The notes beneath the pieces are model-generated. The model was given only the letters and a program-made list of their open reading frames with translations, ran no database searches and was not told the origin of the DNA. From contig NC_092354.1 of NCBI RefSeq assembly GCF_963676685.1, positions 45,384,001-45,448,000 on the forward strand: a DNA stretch of 64,000 bases, given 5' to 3'. Origin of the DNA: Mytilus edulis (taxonomy: Eukaryota). Position numbers and translations under genes: made by a program. Shown piece by piece: positions 39,339 to 51,208 of the stretch; within the stretch, counting starts at the first letter, position 1, and the number at the start of each line of letters is the position of its first letter.

Positions 39339-39765
39339 ACACATTTTTTTTTCTTAATTATAGATAAATGAAGACATAATGTTCATAATGGTTTTAATCA
39401 AAATATATACATTCATCATGAAACAAACATACATATTAAAATGCTTTTGGTTATGGAATTTCAGGTAAAGGAATGCAATATATTTTAACAAATATCACAT
39501 TTATCTTCAAAACCTACAATATTAAAATAACTGTTCATAATTTTGTGTGTTTTTTTTTAATTTCAAAATCTTATATTTAAAGAATATTTAATAAACAATA
39601 ACCAAGTAACTTCTTATCAAACTAAATTAATTATTTTCCCCCTATGTTTCTTTTTATAAAACAAGTATTTGTTTAACAAAGCAATTACAGACATAGTGAT
39701 ATCAGAATTTCTTGGAAATTGTATGGCCATATTAGTCTTGATATATTTGGGATGAACACAAATAA

Positions 39766-40246
39766 ATATCACATTACCTCCATGTTGTACACAACTAATT
39801 TATAAAATAAAACTTCCTCAATAATAACTAAGTATTATTATTATTTGAGATCATTTCTTTAAAAAACAACGTATGAGTAAAAATCACCTGAGTAACATTT
39901 TAGCACCAATTCTTTAACACACAAAAAAAAAAAAATATCACATAACCTCCATGTGGTACACAACTAATGATTGTATAAAATAAAACTTCCTCAACAATAA
40001 CTAAGTATTATTATTATTTTGAGATCATTTCTTTAAAAAAACAATGTATGAGTAAAAATCACCTGAGTATAACACACAAAAAAAAAATATCACATAACCT
40101 CCATGTGGTACACAACTAATGATTGTATAAAATAAAACTTCCTCAACAATAACTAAGTATTATTATTATTTTGAGATCATTTCTTTAAAAAAACAATGTA
40201 TGAGTAAAAATCACCTGAGTAACATTTTAACACCAATTCTTTAACA
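39766..40246. repeat. Three ~150-170-bp tandem repeats
   Basis: ATATCACAT(T/A)ACCTCCATGT unit at ~39766, 39935 and 40087. Confidence 0.9.
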
Positions 40247-41345
40247 ATAATAGCACCTTGACTAGTTTATTATTTTTTATGAAGAACAATGACATATGTC
40301 ATTAAAAATATCAGTTTAAATATAAAAGTCACAACAGTTATGGCAATAATATCAAGTAAAATATATTCATATAAAAAAACAGTGATGAGGTAATACAAAT
40401 CAAATACCTTTTAAAAAAAAATAACAAGTGTCAACAATAAAAAATTAACAACCACTGGTGTAATTGAGTTTTTAAATAATTTCATACATGAGCATAAAAT
40501 TTTTTAAACATCAATACATAAAACATGTATACCAACAACAAAAAATACTAAACTACTCTATATACATCTTTAATATGAGCATCATATTCTGCAATGGATA
40601 AAAAAAAAAAAAAATCTAAATGAAATTTACACATGTAAATTAACCCTTTTATGAAAGATGTAAGTATATTTCTTTAGGTTGAAAAGTTTAACATTTTAGA
40701 TTTAAAACTAAAACATGTGTATTATCCAAGTGAAGTCAAATAATAATATACATTCAAAGGCAAAACCAAATACACCCTTTCACCATAAAGCACTTTTAAA
40801 ATTAGGGAGACACCAAATCCATAGTTAAAAAAGTATGTACCATTGAGTGTTTTGGATCTATTGTTTTTTAATAATAAGAATCCTCCCATAGATATAAAAA
40901 ACATATTATATAACTAAAGAAATTGGTGTATGTATCTTCACTTAGATACTAAAAATAAATGCATTCACCTTACTATTCCCCCCTTTATGAAAAACATCAC
41001 CCACTCTCCAACATAAAAAATAAAGGCTCAAATACATTGACCTAAATAAAAAGGATTAGGCCTAAAAATCAAAACAAGCAAAAATCTACTAGCTAATGAG
41101 TGTATTTCTAATATGTACAGACTAATTGTTTTCAATTCTTTTATTTCAGGTGAGAAAATGTATTCAAATTTCATATGAGAGGGTAAATAGTTTATTTTTA
41201 AAAATTTCAAGTGTTCAAAATATACCATTAAATTTTCAATTAAAGAAGAGATTATTCTTTTAAAAAAAATTTGTGTTTATAAATAATTAAATAAAAAATT
41301 ACCAGAGTTCAACAATTAAGGAAAATATAACATGATTAAAAATGT

Positions 41346-41834
41346 TTACAAGGCTGCTTCTAACTGTTTCTTCTTGTTGCGGGTTCTGATGGCCACTGGT
41401 TCATTCAGTTCTACCATTTCCATGGGTGGAGCAGACGGTTCGGGTGATGAGTCTCTGTTTTCAAAAAAAGTAGTAGGTGAATCTGATGTTGGTAAGGGTA
41501 TGGTGTGTTCAATTGGTGTAGACTCAAATGAAAAAACAGGAAGTCTGTCTATGGAATAGTCGGGTGTTGATGTCGGAGGTGGAGTGAGTGATGGCGGGAC
41601 AGTAGAGGAAATCATACTCAAAAAAGAGGTCTGTGTTTGAGATATCTGGTGTCTGTCAGCTGTTATGGTGGTGTTGTCTAGCGGTTGGTGTAATGGCAAA
41701 TATGTAGTGTTTCGTTTCAGTTGTAGTATCCATTTCAGGACAGACAAGAATGTAAACATCCCAAAAATTCCACACCCTGCCCAGAATGCTGTAAAACAAA
41801 TTTATATAAATATAAATTAAACATATCATCAGAC

Positions 41835-41870
<36 letters not shown>

Positions 41871-43629
41871 AATTTTATACATGTCTGTAAAATCATATCT
41901 CATATATGTTTACTCCATTGTTTTACTAGTACTATTATAAATGAGAAAAAGTATTCAGTTATCTCCCTTTATTGATGCATGCAGGGGAGATAATTAAATC
42001 CCTTTAAGATATAGGGGGTCATAAGTTTAGATGTTTGAGAGTGACAACAAAACAGGTTCAAGATATCCATTGTGTTCCAGCAATCAAAGTTCTTCTGTAT
42101 TTAAAGAGACATAACTTAAGTAACTATAGATGCATACCTATCATAGCAGTTTCCATGGTGCTTGACATCTTGTCACCATATTTCATTATTGTTTTGTCCT
42201 GTACTGAAATAATAAAAAAAAAATATTATAAATAAATCATTACTATGTTGTGTAGGGCCCTTTCAAAAAAAAAAACCTGCTCAATAATCAAAATGTTCCA
42301 TTTACAGAGTTACTGGGATAAGTCCTCAATTGGCAAGAAACCTCATGTTAAAATTTCAAAGTTATATTAAAAACTGATGTGTCCACAGACACTGACAACA
42401 CTAACACAGACATAGACTGTCCCACATACCATAATACAACCATTTTATTTTCAGTCATATAAAAACCTGACCCCCAACCATTGTAGAGAAACCATTTGGA
42501 GAAATGTCATGCTCTGTACAGTATAAAGTTCTATATAATTTGATAAGAGTAGGCATCTTGGTAAAATTTACTGCCCCCAACATTTTACCATCAATCCCCC
42601 TTTTAAAAAAAAAAAACATATTGTACTGTATATAGCTGAAGTATTACTCATTAATAATTGTATAATAAAATCTTACTTTGATTTGTAGTCAGTGTTGTAG
42701 ACTTTTTCTGTTTGTTAGTCATTTCCAATTGAGAATTCTGTAAAACATTGTCTGGTACTACAAAATAAATGAAAAAAAAATTAATAAAACATGTTTAATT
42801 CCTTCCTTAAAAAAAAAACCACACACAAAAACAAAAACAAACTGGCAGTATCTTACTTAAGTATTGAATATTAATAATCATACTTAAATAATAAATCTTA
42901 CCATGAACTGTAGTTATTTCCTGTTTCCTAGTTGTTTTTTCTTCCTCTGGTAAAATATTGTCTGGTACTGTAAAATAAATGAAAAAAAAAATCTAATACT
43001 GGAACTGATTGAAAACTTGTTACAATCTCACATGACATTGAAAGAGAAATTTGATATTTCATACCTAGTTTTAAAATAAATTTGTTGGAAATGTTCCCAT
43101 GGAATTATAATTTTGATCACTCACACTTACTGCAAAAATCAACTACAAAATTGTTTAATTATGCACATACAGAATACATTCCATGGGACATGAAGATCAG
43201 ATTTATTTATCCTTCAACTTTATAATAATTCCTTGTCAGGAACTGGTCGGATGCCCTTAGAGTTATTCCCCCTTTTTTTTAATTTTCGAAATAAGGCAAA
43301 CTGTTGAAATCGTTAGAATGGTTGGACTTTAAGACATAAATCTTGTGAGGGTAATCATAAAACTTACCACATTCTATCTCATTGCAAAGCCAATTGCATA
43401 ATTTGTTGAACACGTGTACCACTGTTGGCGGTTGCTCTTGTGCCTTAAGAAAATTGATAGTACAATTACAACTTTCCGACTGAATTTCAATAATTCTGAC
43501 GTTTTGAAGAATGTTTATTTCTGTACTACAGAAGCAGTTGGCAATTGCCGTTTCATATTTACAATCTATCTGTCCTTCTGCGTTTAAAACTAACAATAAC
43601 ACAAGAAAATGTACGATCCAAAATGCCAT
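41346..43629 (-). CDS. Five-exon type I membrane protein, 305 aa (exons 43629-43368, 42967-42902, 42757-42677, 42203-42138, 41788-41346)
   Basis: All four introns are GT-AG and phase 1, and the joined 918 nt is open. Signal peptide, Cys-rich domain, Thr-rich stalk, TM AMIAFWAGCGIFGMFTFLSVLKWIL, and S/T/P tail with PSAPP. Confidence 0.85.
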
Positions 43630-44903
43630 GTTTGTTTTCTAATGTACCAATGAGAACGTGATGGGTTGTAAACAACAGAATAAAAACATCGGAATCTTCA
43701 TAAAAAATATAATATATAGCAAACAATATAAGTATATTTTATAAACAAATCAATTTTCATCATATTTTAACACACATAATTAACGTCGTAAGAGAGAAAA
43801 CTGAAAAAATTAACTGTGGTAATTACATAACTCCTTACGGTTCACTAAATATATATGTTGGAATGGATATGTTATTGTTTCCGGAACGTTACATAAGATA
43901 TTTAATTTTCCGATCATTTTCACACGTTAATAACATGATTAAAATTACACAGTGAAAACTATTCTTAGATAATGATCTTTTAGTAATGTGCTAATTGAAA
44001 TGAGGTTACCAAAGATAATTAATGGTTTCACAGTTAACTGTAAGCAGTGGCATTTGGAAAGGGTAGTTTATATAATAATGTTTTACTGTTACATATTTTC
44101 TCACATTAACAAAACATTTTAAAATAATAATAATCCTTTAGCAAGATGTTATTCAAATTTAATGAAATGTGTAACATCCTATTACAAAAGATAATTAACG
44201 GTTTCCCAGAGTGTAAACAGGGTACCCGACGGATGGCATTTGGAATGGGTTATTTATATAATAAATCTTTGCTATTATGCATATAGTCTAGTTTTAAAAA
44301 GTCTCATTTATTATGTAACATTTGTATACATAATAAGTGTAAAAATCAGTTAAACTTTATTCAGAGAAAGGAATTTGAGAAAAATGTAAGTACAATTTGT
44401 TGAGTTATTTTTCATTTTAACGCATATTCTTTATATATGAGATAAAATATTTGTTATCTTCATCTTAACTTAAATTTATGAATTTTTGTTGTTAGAAACC
44501 TTACAAAATAAACTTGTTTCTATAATTCTAATAAATTAATTAAACTTGAATTGGTTAATTCTACTACATATGTAAGTGATTTAATGTTGGTTTTCTGGTT
44601 TTAATCAGTCCAAATGTGACACGGGTAAACCCTAAATTCTAAATTAAATAATAAAAAAATGATATTGAATTTGTGTAAAGGAATTTAGTGTAAATATGTC
44701 CGTAAGTTAGGGCTGTTCCTGATTTTGGAGATGATATTTTACTACGAATAACAAAACCAGAAAACTGTTAAATTTAATGCGTGATCCTTATTCTCCTTAA
44801 TTTTGTTCAGAGATTTCTGAAAAATGTCCACATTAAGACCCTCTTTAATATTTGTGTATATTTATTAAATACATACGTAAAGTTTGTTAGTATGTTTCAT
44901 ATA

Positions 44904-45122
44904 TGTTTCTCGTTTCTCGTTTTGTAAATAGATTAGACCTTTGGTTTTTCTGTTTGAATTATGTTACACTGGTTATTTTGGGGCCCTTTATAGCTTACTG
45001 TTCGGTGTAAGCTTTTGCTTCGTGTTGAAGGCCGTACTTTGACCTATAACTGTTTAACTTTTTATGCATTGTTACTTGGATGGAGAGTTGCCTCATTGGT
45101 ACTCATACCGCATCTTCTTATT
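44904..45122. repeat. Host interspersed repeat inserted in the Maverick
   Basis: GGAGAGTTGCCTCATTGGTACTCATACCGCATCTTC is the approximate reverse complement of GAAGATGTGGT.TGAGTGC...TGAGACAACTCTCCAT at ~7427 and ~63586. Confidence 0.7.
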
Positions 45123-45532
45123 TATACTAATATTGTAATGGTTAAATATGTTTTTTAAATATATTTTTGTTTTAATTATTAGATTAAAATGGAATCTGTC
45201 ATAAAACAGGAAGTACCAGTTAGAACCCCTGAACAGACCAGGTATATATCAGTAAGGTTGTTAGCAAGACTATGTTGCCTTCATATTCACAATATAATCA
45301 ATTATTTTGATAAGATATCATTTAAACATCCTTTGAATGAGTTTACACTGTCCATGTACTTGTTTGTTGTCTTCGTGTGTATTATACGTATTTCTTGTTG
45401 CGTCCTTTGTTTGCATGTGTCCGAATTTTGCAATAGTCTATGAATTTATGATTTGTTTTTATTATCCTTTTGATTTGTTGCCGTGGTATTCGTTTTCCAT
45501 TGTATTAAATTTATCTTCATTTATCTTAGCTA

Positions 45533-45741
45533 CACTGTAAAAATTGTGCTTAGAACCTAAACACGTTTAGGAAAATGTTTAGAAGCTATACACATAAATG
45601 TCTGTTGTGTCCCCCTTCTAAACATGTTTAGAATTTCAACATGTAATGCCCCACATGCTTAGAGCCTAAACATGTAACCAATTGTATAACATGAAATGTG
45701 TATAGAAAAGTGTTTAGGCCCTAAACACAATTTTTACAGTG
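45533..45741. mobile_element. 209-bp MITE with CACTG termini flanked by TA (EnSpm/CACTA-like)
   Basis: TA|CACTGTAAAAATTGTG ... CACAATTTTTACAGTG|TA. Confidence 0.85.
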
Positions 45742-46492
45742 TATATACTGCTAAAATTTATATATTTTATAATCTTTACATAAAAGTAATACATCTAATT
45801 TATGCTTTTGTAGATCTACTAATGTGCCTTTGGAACCTGTGCAACAACAGCCACCTAATAGAAATACCCAGAACATATTAGTATATTTTTTCTTTTAAAA
45901 GCCTATTTTGTTTTAAAATAATAGAACTCCAATCATTAGTAATTGTATATATCATAATTTATTATTTTAATTTTGTGCTGTAAAAAATAAATTTTATCTA
46001 TATTTTTTAGAGCTTCAGAATTTGAGATGGTGGAACATTTAAACAACATAATGAGTACAAAAATCGAAGATTTAGCCATCAAGATAGCATACAATGCCCA
46101 CATATTGACAATACAAAAGAGAAAGTTGAATGAGGAAATTAGTTTTAAAAAACATTTAAAAATGAGAAAAAGAATGCTATTAGAAAGAAGAACAAATGGC
46201 ATATAATTTGATCTTTGGAAATGGACACTAAAGAACTTTAAATACAATAAAAGAGTTGTATGTTATGATTGTTTTCTTTAATCTTTTATTACACAAAAAG
46301 TACCCTTATGGTGAGACAAACTCATAATGAGCAAATGTATGGACAGTACCGGAATGCAGTTACCCTCTTGCCTTCCCTCTCTTACGGCCATTGGATTTGA
46401 GTATATACTTTATATTAAGAAAAACACATATATTACATAATAGCTCATACATTTATTTTGATATTTTCCAAATACATAAGTAAGTCCTGTTA

Positions 46493-46945
46493 TTAACTTC
46501 TGTAATAAATAACTCTTGTTATATACTGTATTATAGACCTCAAATAGTCCCATTGTCTTTGTGATAAGGATATTCCTTTAATAGTAGGTTTATTGTTCAA
46601 AAATTGACGAATGTCTATAATTGTTCTTTTGTTGTATTCACACACAGTTAACATAAATTCACCAGGTAGACGGAAATGTTTAATATAAGAACACAATGAT
46701 TGGTTAAAAGTAAGGTTCTGTTCATTTATATCATAGTTGGAAACATTCATGTTATGCTTTGACATGTTTGATGACAAATATAAACTACCAGTTATCCATA
46801 GGGTAGATGCTGTAAATATGAATAGCACTATAACACCTGTCCATTTCAGTACATTTATGTGAATTTCATATTGATGGTACATATTCATTAAACTTGATGT
46901 GACACTATTTTGTGGTGATATTGAATTGATTCTGGTATGAGACAT
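46493..46945 (-). CDS. TM-anchored PC4-domain protein (150 aa from the first ATG)
   Basis: TM WTGVIVLFIFTASTLWITGSLYL, sequons NMS/NVS/NLT/NQS, and IIDIRQFLNNKPTIKGISLSQRQWDYL PC4 motif. Confidence 0.8.
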   Translation of the reverse strand: MSHTRINSISPQNSVTSSLMNMYHQYEIHINVLKWTGVIVLFIFTASTLWITGSLYLSSNMSKHNMNVSNYDINEQNLTFNQSLCSYIKHFRLPGEFMLTVCEYNKRTIIDIRQFLNNKPTIKGISLSQRQWDYLRSIIQYITRVIYYRS

Positions 46946-47220
46946 GGTTAATTTAAATAGTAAATCCTTTCTGTTAGAATTCAAAAATATATATAACCTT
47001 ATAGAGTTTAAACACACTTTTATAAAATATTGTTGAATTGTCAGTTATATATTTGTATTCCTGATTGGTTAAACAGAAACACCTCCCCCTTAACTTTAAA
47101 TTGGTAAAAAAAAAAAAAATTGGAGTAAATATACATAAGAGAAAATCTTATCATTATATATTCTGGATGTAACAAATGGGACATGCCCCTCAGTACAAAA
47201 CTTAGATGTTGGATATAAGT

Positions 47221-47440
47221 GTGTCAAACTTGTATATCATTTAAAATCAATTTAACCTCCTTGACATTTGAATGTTAAAGTCTGGGGGTTATTGAACTCC
47301 CATATCATTGGATGTTATGTGGGTGTTTGAAAGGTTGGGGTTAATTATCCCCCATATAAGATGGAGGTTGTGTATCTAGGGGCTCAACATATAGGGGTTA
47401 TAATAGATATTGTAGGGGGTAAAGAACCCCCGTTAGTAGT
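47221..47440 (-). repeat. Right TIR
   Basis: Ends ...AAAGAACCCCCGTTAGTAGT, complementary to the left end. Confidence 0.95.
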
Positions 47441-47446
47441 TATGTG

Positions 47447-49383
47447 TATAGATTATACAAAAAGAAAAAAAAATGTCCCTTGTTTAGGCATGAAAGGGAA
47501 AATCGTTAACGTCATGGAAAGTTAACTAGATCTTAATTGAATGATATATTATAATGATCATTGTGTTTAAAATAGTCATTTAATAAAGTATCTTTATGTA
47601 CATCTGTAAATATTTGAAGGCCTTTAAATCATTGATTTATGTTATATATCCATTTAATTGTATTTTATGTTTTAATTTTTTTCATTGTGTATTTTATTGT
47701 ATTATATATATATGTATATGAAAAAAAAAAATAGAAACAAACAAAACAAAGAAAAATATTGTGTTATTATTGTTGGTTGTTTCATGGTGTTAGTAAATTT
47801 AGATTGGTGGAACAATCTCCTTTTCAAAGGGAGAGCGATTATTGTAATAGAAAAATGTACTGTATTTGATTTCATATAGTTACTAATTAATACATGTAAA
47901 ATCTTCTGTGAAAAATATTTTATAGTCAATTATTGTTTAATATACTTTAAAGCCAAACTTTCATGTTTAATTGGTGAACATAAGAAACAACAAATCGTAA
48001 CACAATAGAATGGTAGAGGACAATGTTCAACAATAGCAAAAAACCACTGAAACAAGGAAAAACACCAGCTAATTATCATCAAGAAATTCAATGCCATATT
48101 GAATCGGCCTTCGACAATTTAGATCTTTTCACAAAAAAAAAAACAGACAACGTTATAAGCTTCAAACCCGATCACCCACCATCGTATCCAGTTGATAATA
48201 ACGACACCACAATACCATACGTTGAAGACCAGCCTTTCTTTCAATCATCGCCTATTCATTCCAACAAAAATCACTTTCTTTCGTCGTGGACAGGACAACC
48301 TACTTTGCCATCCAGTATCACTTCATTAAGACCATCAATTGTACACCGGCCATCGATTCCATCAACGTTTGCTAAAAGACCGGCACCTACCACAAATTCA
48401 CTTCAAACGCCACAACATTTTTCATCATTGTATCCTACCCTACCAATTTCAACTACAACTTCAACAACATCACAAATTTCTTCAACAGTGACTGCTACAA
48501 CATCCACAACAGTTCCTACTTAATTTAAAAACACTTAGGCCAGTTAAATCATTTATTCATGCAAACAGACTTAAAGCTTATAAAGATCCAAAGGAATTTA
48601 GGCCACCTCCAAATCTTAGAAAAGATAATGAAGTTTTAGATAATGAACCTGGTAATATAAATCAACCAAATCCTAATAATTTAAATGAAGATTTAAATCC
48701 AACAGGAAATCCGGAAAATAACTCTCAAAGTGATGTTGATGAAGCAACATCAAGTCAAGGTCAAAACAAAAATGATAAATGGTATGAGGCTAGTAAATTA
48801 TTAAAACTAAAATGGATATCAGGAAAGAAACATTATTTAGTTCAATGGAAAGATAATTCAAACCCAACATGGGAACCGCAAGAGAATGTTAGTGAACCTT
48901 TAAAGATAACATTTCATTCGGAAAAAGCGCAAAAGATTAAAAAGAAGACGTTTAAAAAAAATGTTAAATTAATTTACAAAAGTGGCATGCAATTCACAAT
49001 CACATTAATCCACTTGACTACCTATATCAAAATTGTCCTTTCATTTAGACCACTGGAAAAATTTATCCCCAATCTTTTGATCTCCAGAAATCAAATTAAT
49101 TCTTTTTTTTTATATTGTAGGCATGTCAAGATTTGGATTTGTGACTTTGCGATTTTTGCTTTACTTTTGTCAACGTCAAACGCAGATGAACATAGAATAA
49201 ATTATGGAATAATATTTCAAAATCAACCTTATATTGACTTTGCTACAGATTATTGGACACATATTTATGAAATCCCAATGTATTTGAACATAAAACATAA
49301 ATTGGTCACTAAATGTCCAAAACAGGCAGGTCGTCAATGTCATTCGTATAACAAAATTGTTTCACAAGTAAATTATATAAGAG
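47447..49383 (+). mobile_element. Continuation of the Gypsy-env tandem unit: 3' UTR, PPT, LTR 47843-48002, PBS, gag N-terminus, chromodomain, env 5' end
   Basis: Near-identical to 20850-22700; env reads on past the SINE site (IPMYLNIKHKLVTKCPK). Confidence 0.9.
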
Positions 49384-49698
49384 TGAGTGAGTGAGTGTTG
49401 GTTGCTTTACGCCCCATTAGCACAAAAAGGCTATATCGCGGCGAGAGCTAATTCGAATATTTTTACAATTTAAAGCATATTTTTAAAATAAGACAAAAAG
49501 TCCTTCAATATACTAAAATTCTTGACTAAAGCAAATTGAGTATATACAAATAAAAATCAACAGTAAAATAACGTGATAAAAATTAAAATCGATTTAAATA
49601 TAATAACATATTTATATTCTATAATAAATTCCAATTTCTTTTAAAAAAGCAACAATATTTGTAAATGGAACATTATTAAATAAATCATACATATTATT
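49384..49698 (-). mobile_element. 5'-truncated LINE 3' end (I/Nimb-like) with (ACTC)n tail
   Basis: Minus strand reads LFNNVPFTNIVAFLKEIGIYYRI*, then a UTR and a tetranucleotide tail that interrupts env. Confidence 0.6.
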
Positions 49699-50686
49699 GA
49701 ACATAAGAAACAACAAATAGACTTTTGTTTCTTGCAAGTAAGTGTCACGCTGTTCTAAGTGACTTTCTGAGAGTACAAATGTTACTTAATTTTGTTTGAT
49801 AAAGGTTAACAAATTATGTCATAAACTATGGACAATGGTCAACTACATGTAGGCATTATCAATAATAGATAACTTAAGGCTCAAGACACGCACAAATTAG
49901 TATATAAAGTAATCAAGCCGCTATAATGTTAATAGCGAATTTTTTCTTGATATTTTAGGTGAGTGTCTTAGTTCTGAAATAATTTTCATTTAAATTATTT
50001 TTCTTTTAAATTTAATTTGGAAAATAAAACAAGTTTATAAATAACTTATACTTCAATATCAAAGGTATAATTAAATAGTCATTACTATTGTTATTATAAT
50101 ATATTTAATTTTAATTGTTTATAGTATTTTATTATTGTTTTAATTGATTTTAACTTTAAATTTGTACTGTGAAATTATATTGTAATTATTGTGATGTTTC
50201 AAATACTAATTAATAGCGAATTTCTTGATATTTTAGTTTAGTTTTTCTTTGCCATTGTTGTCCCGGCCTACTACCTTGAGCCTCCCCCATATTGTGCCAA
50301 AGGGCATTACAATTGTCGGGTTAATATACCACAATACCAAAACAACAAATATTAACACAATACTTACTCAGATGCAGTAAACACTTACTTAACTAGCTTC
50401 AAAATGGAATCTGAATTGAGAAGATGTTATTTAGTTAAAGTGTCGGATGGATTAGAAAAACTTGAAACATTATTGGCGAAACGTAATACGATAAATTTAC
50501 AAGATATGGAAATGAACAGCAAAAAAAAAGGAAATTGAATTGTTAACCGAGAGAATAAATTCAGCTAAGGAAGATTTTGATGACAAAAACAAGAGACGGA
50601 TTTGGTTACGATTAATAAGACAAAAAGTTAGTGCAAAGACTAAGCTCAAAAAATTGATAACAAAAAGAACCTGTGAGAATGAAGAA

Positions 50687-51110
50687 TTGATTGATTGTTG
50701 GTTGCTTAACGTCCAGTGGAAAATATTTCATGCATATTCAGGACGAGAACAAGTTAACAATAAATACAATAGGTAGGTAGTTGTAATAGAGGTCATCTAG
50801 GATGATGGTCGGGGAAATTTGGACTGCCACTGGAAAATGAGGGTATATTGGATAAGGACATAAATTTTGCCTTGCAACAGGCCCCCTACGGACCCCTCAA
50901 AGAGTTGTCGCAAGGGTTCTTAACGTGCAAAGAGCGTGGCACTCTCTTTACACGAGGCATCGGATTTAACGTCCCCCTTCTGACCGGATGTGACTGCGAA
51001 CTTGATACATCCCGCACAGCCAAACGGACGCCCCACTTCGGCAAGCGTTTTACTGCCGGTCGGGAGAAGACCAAGTGACCATATTTCTATTCCCCAGTCA
51101 CCCTTGGGGG
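50687..51110 (-). mobile_element. SINE copy with a 14-bp TSD
   Basis: GTGAGAATGAAGAA at 50673-86 and 51112-25. Confidence 0.92.
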
Positions 51111-51208
51111 AGTGAGAATGAAGAAAAGACTACATTGGAAATAAAGAGAAGTGAATTAATTTCTGAAAAGAATAGGATAATAGAACTTGTTCGTCAAGAC
51201 AGTAATTC

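Larger units (their letters stand above)
25755..47440. mobile_element. Complete Maverick/Polinton (endogenous polintovirus), 21,686 bp
   Basis: TIRs, TATGTG TSD at 25749-54 and 47441-46, empty site at 20844-49, and a full core gene set. Confidence 0.98.

Noticed and set aside
45189-46247. Hydrophobic ORFs 45189, 45337, 45696 and 45936 as Maverick cargo
   Set aside because: AT-rich low-complexity frames with no motif, partly overlapping a MITE; cannot be supported.
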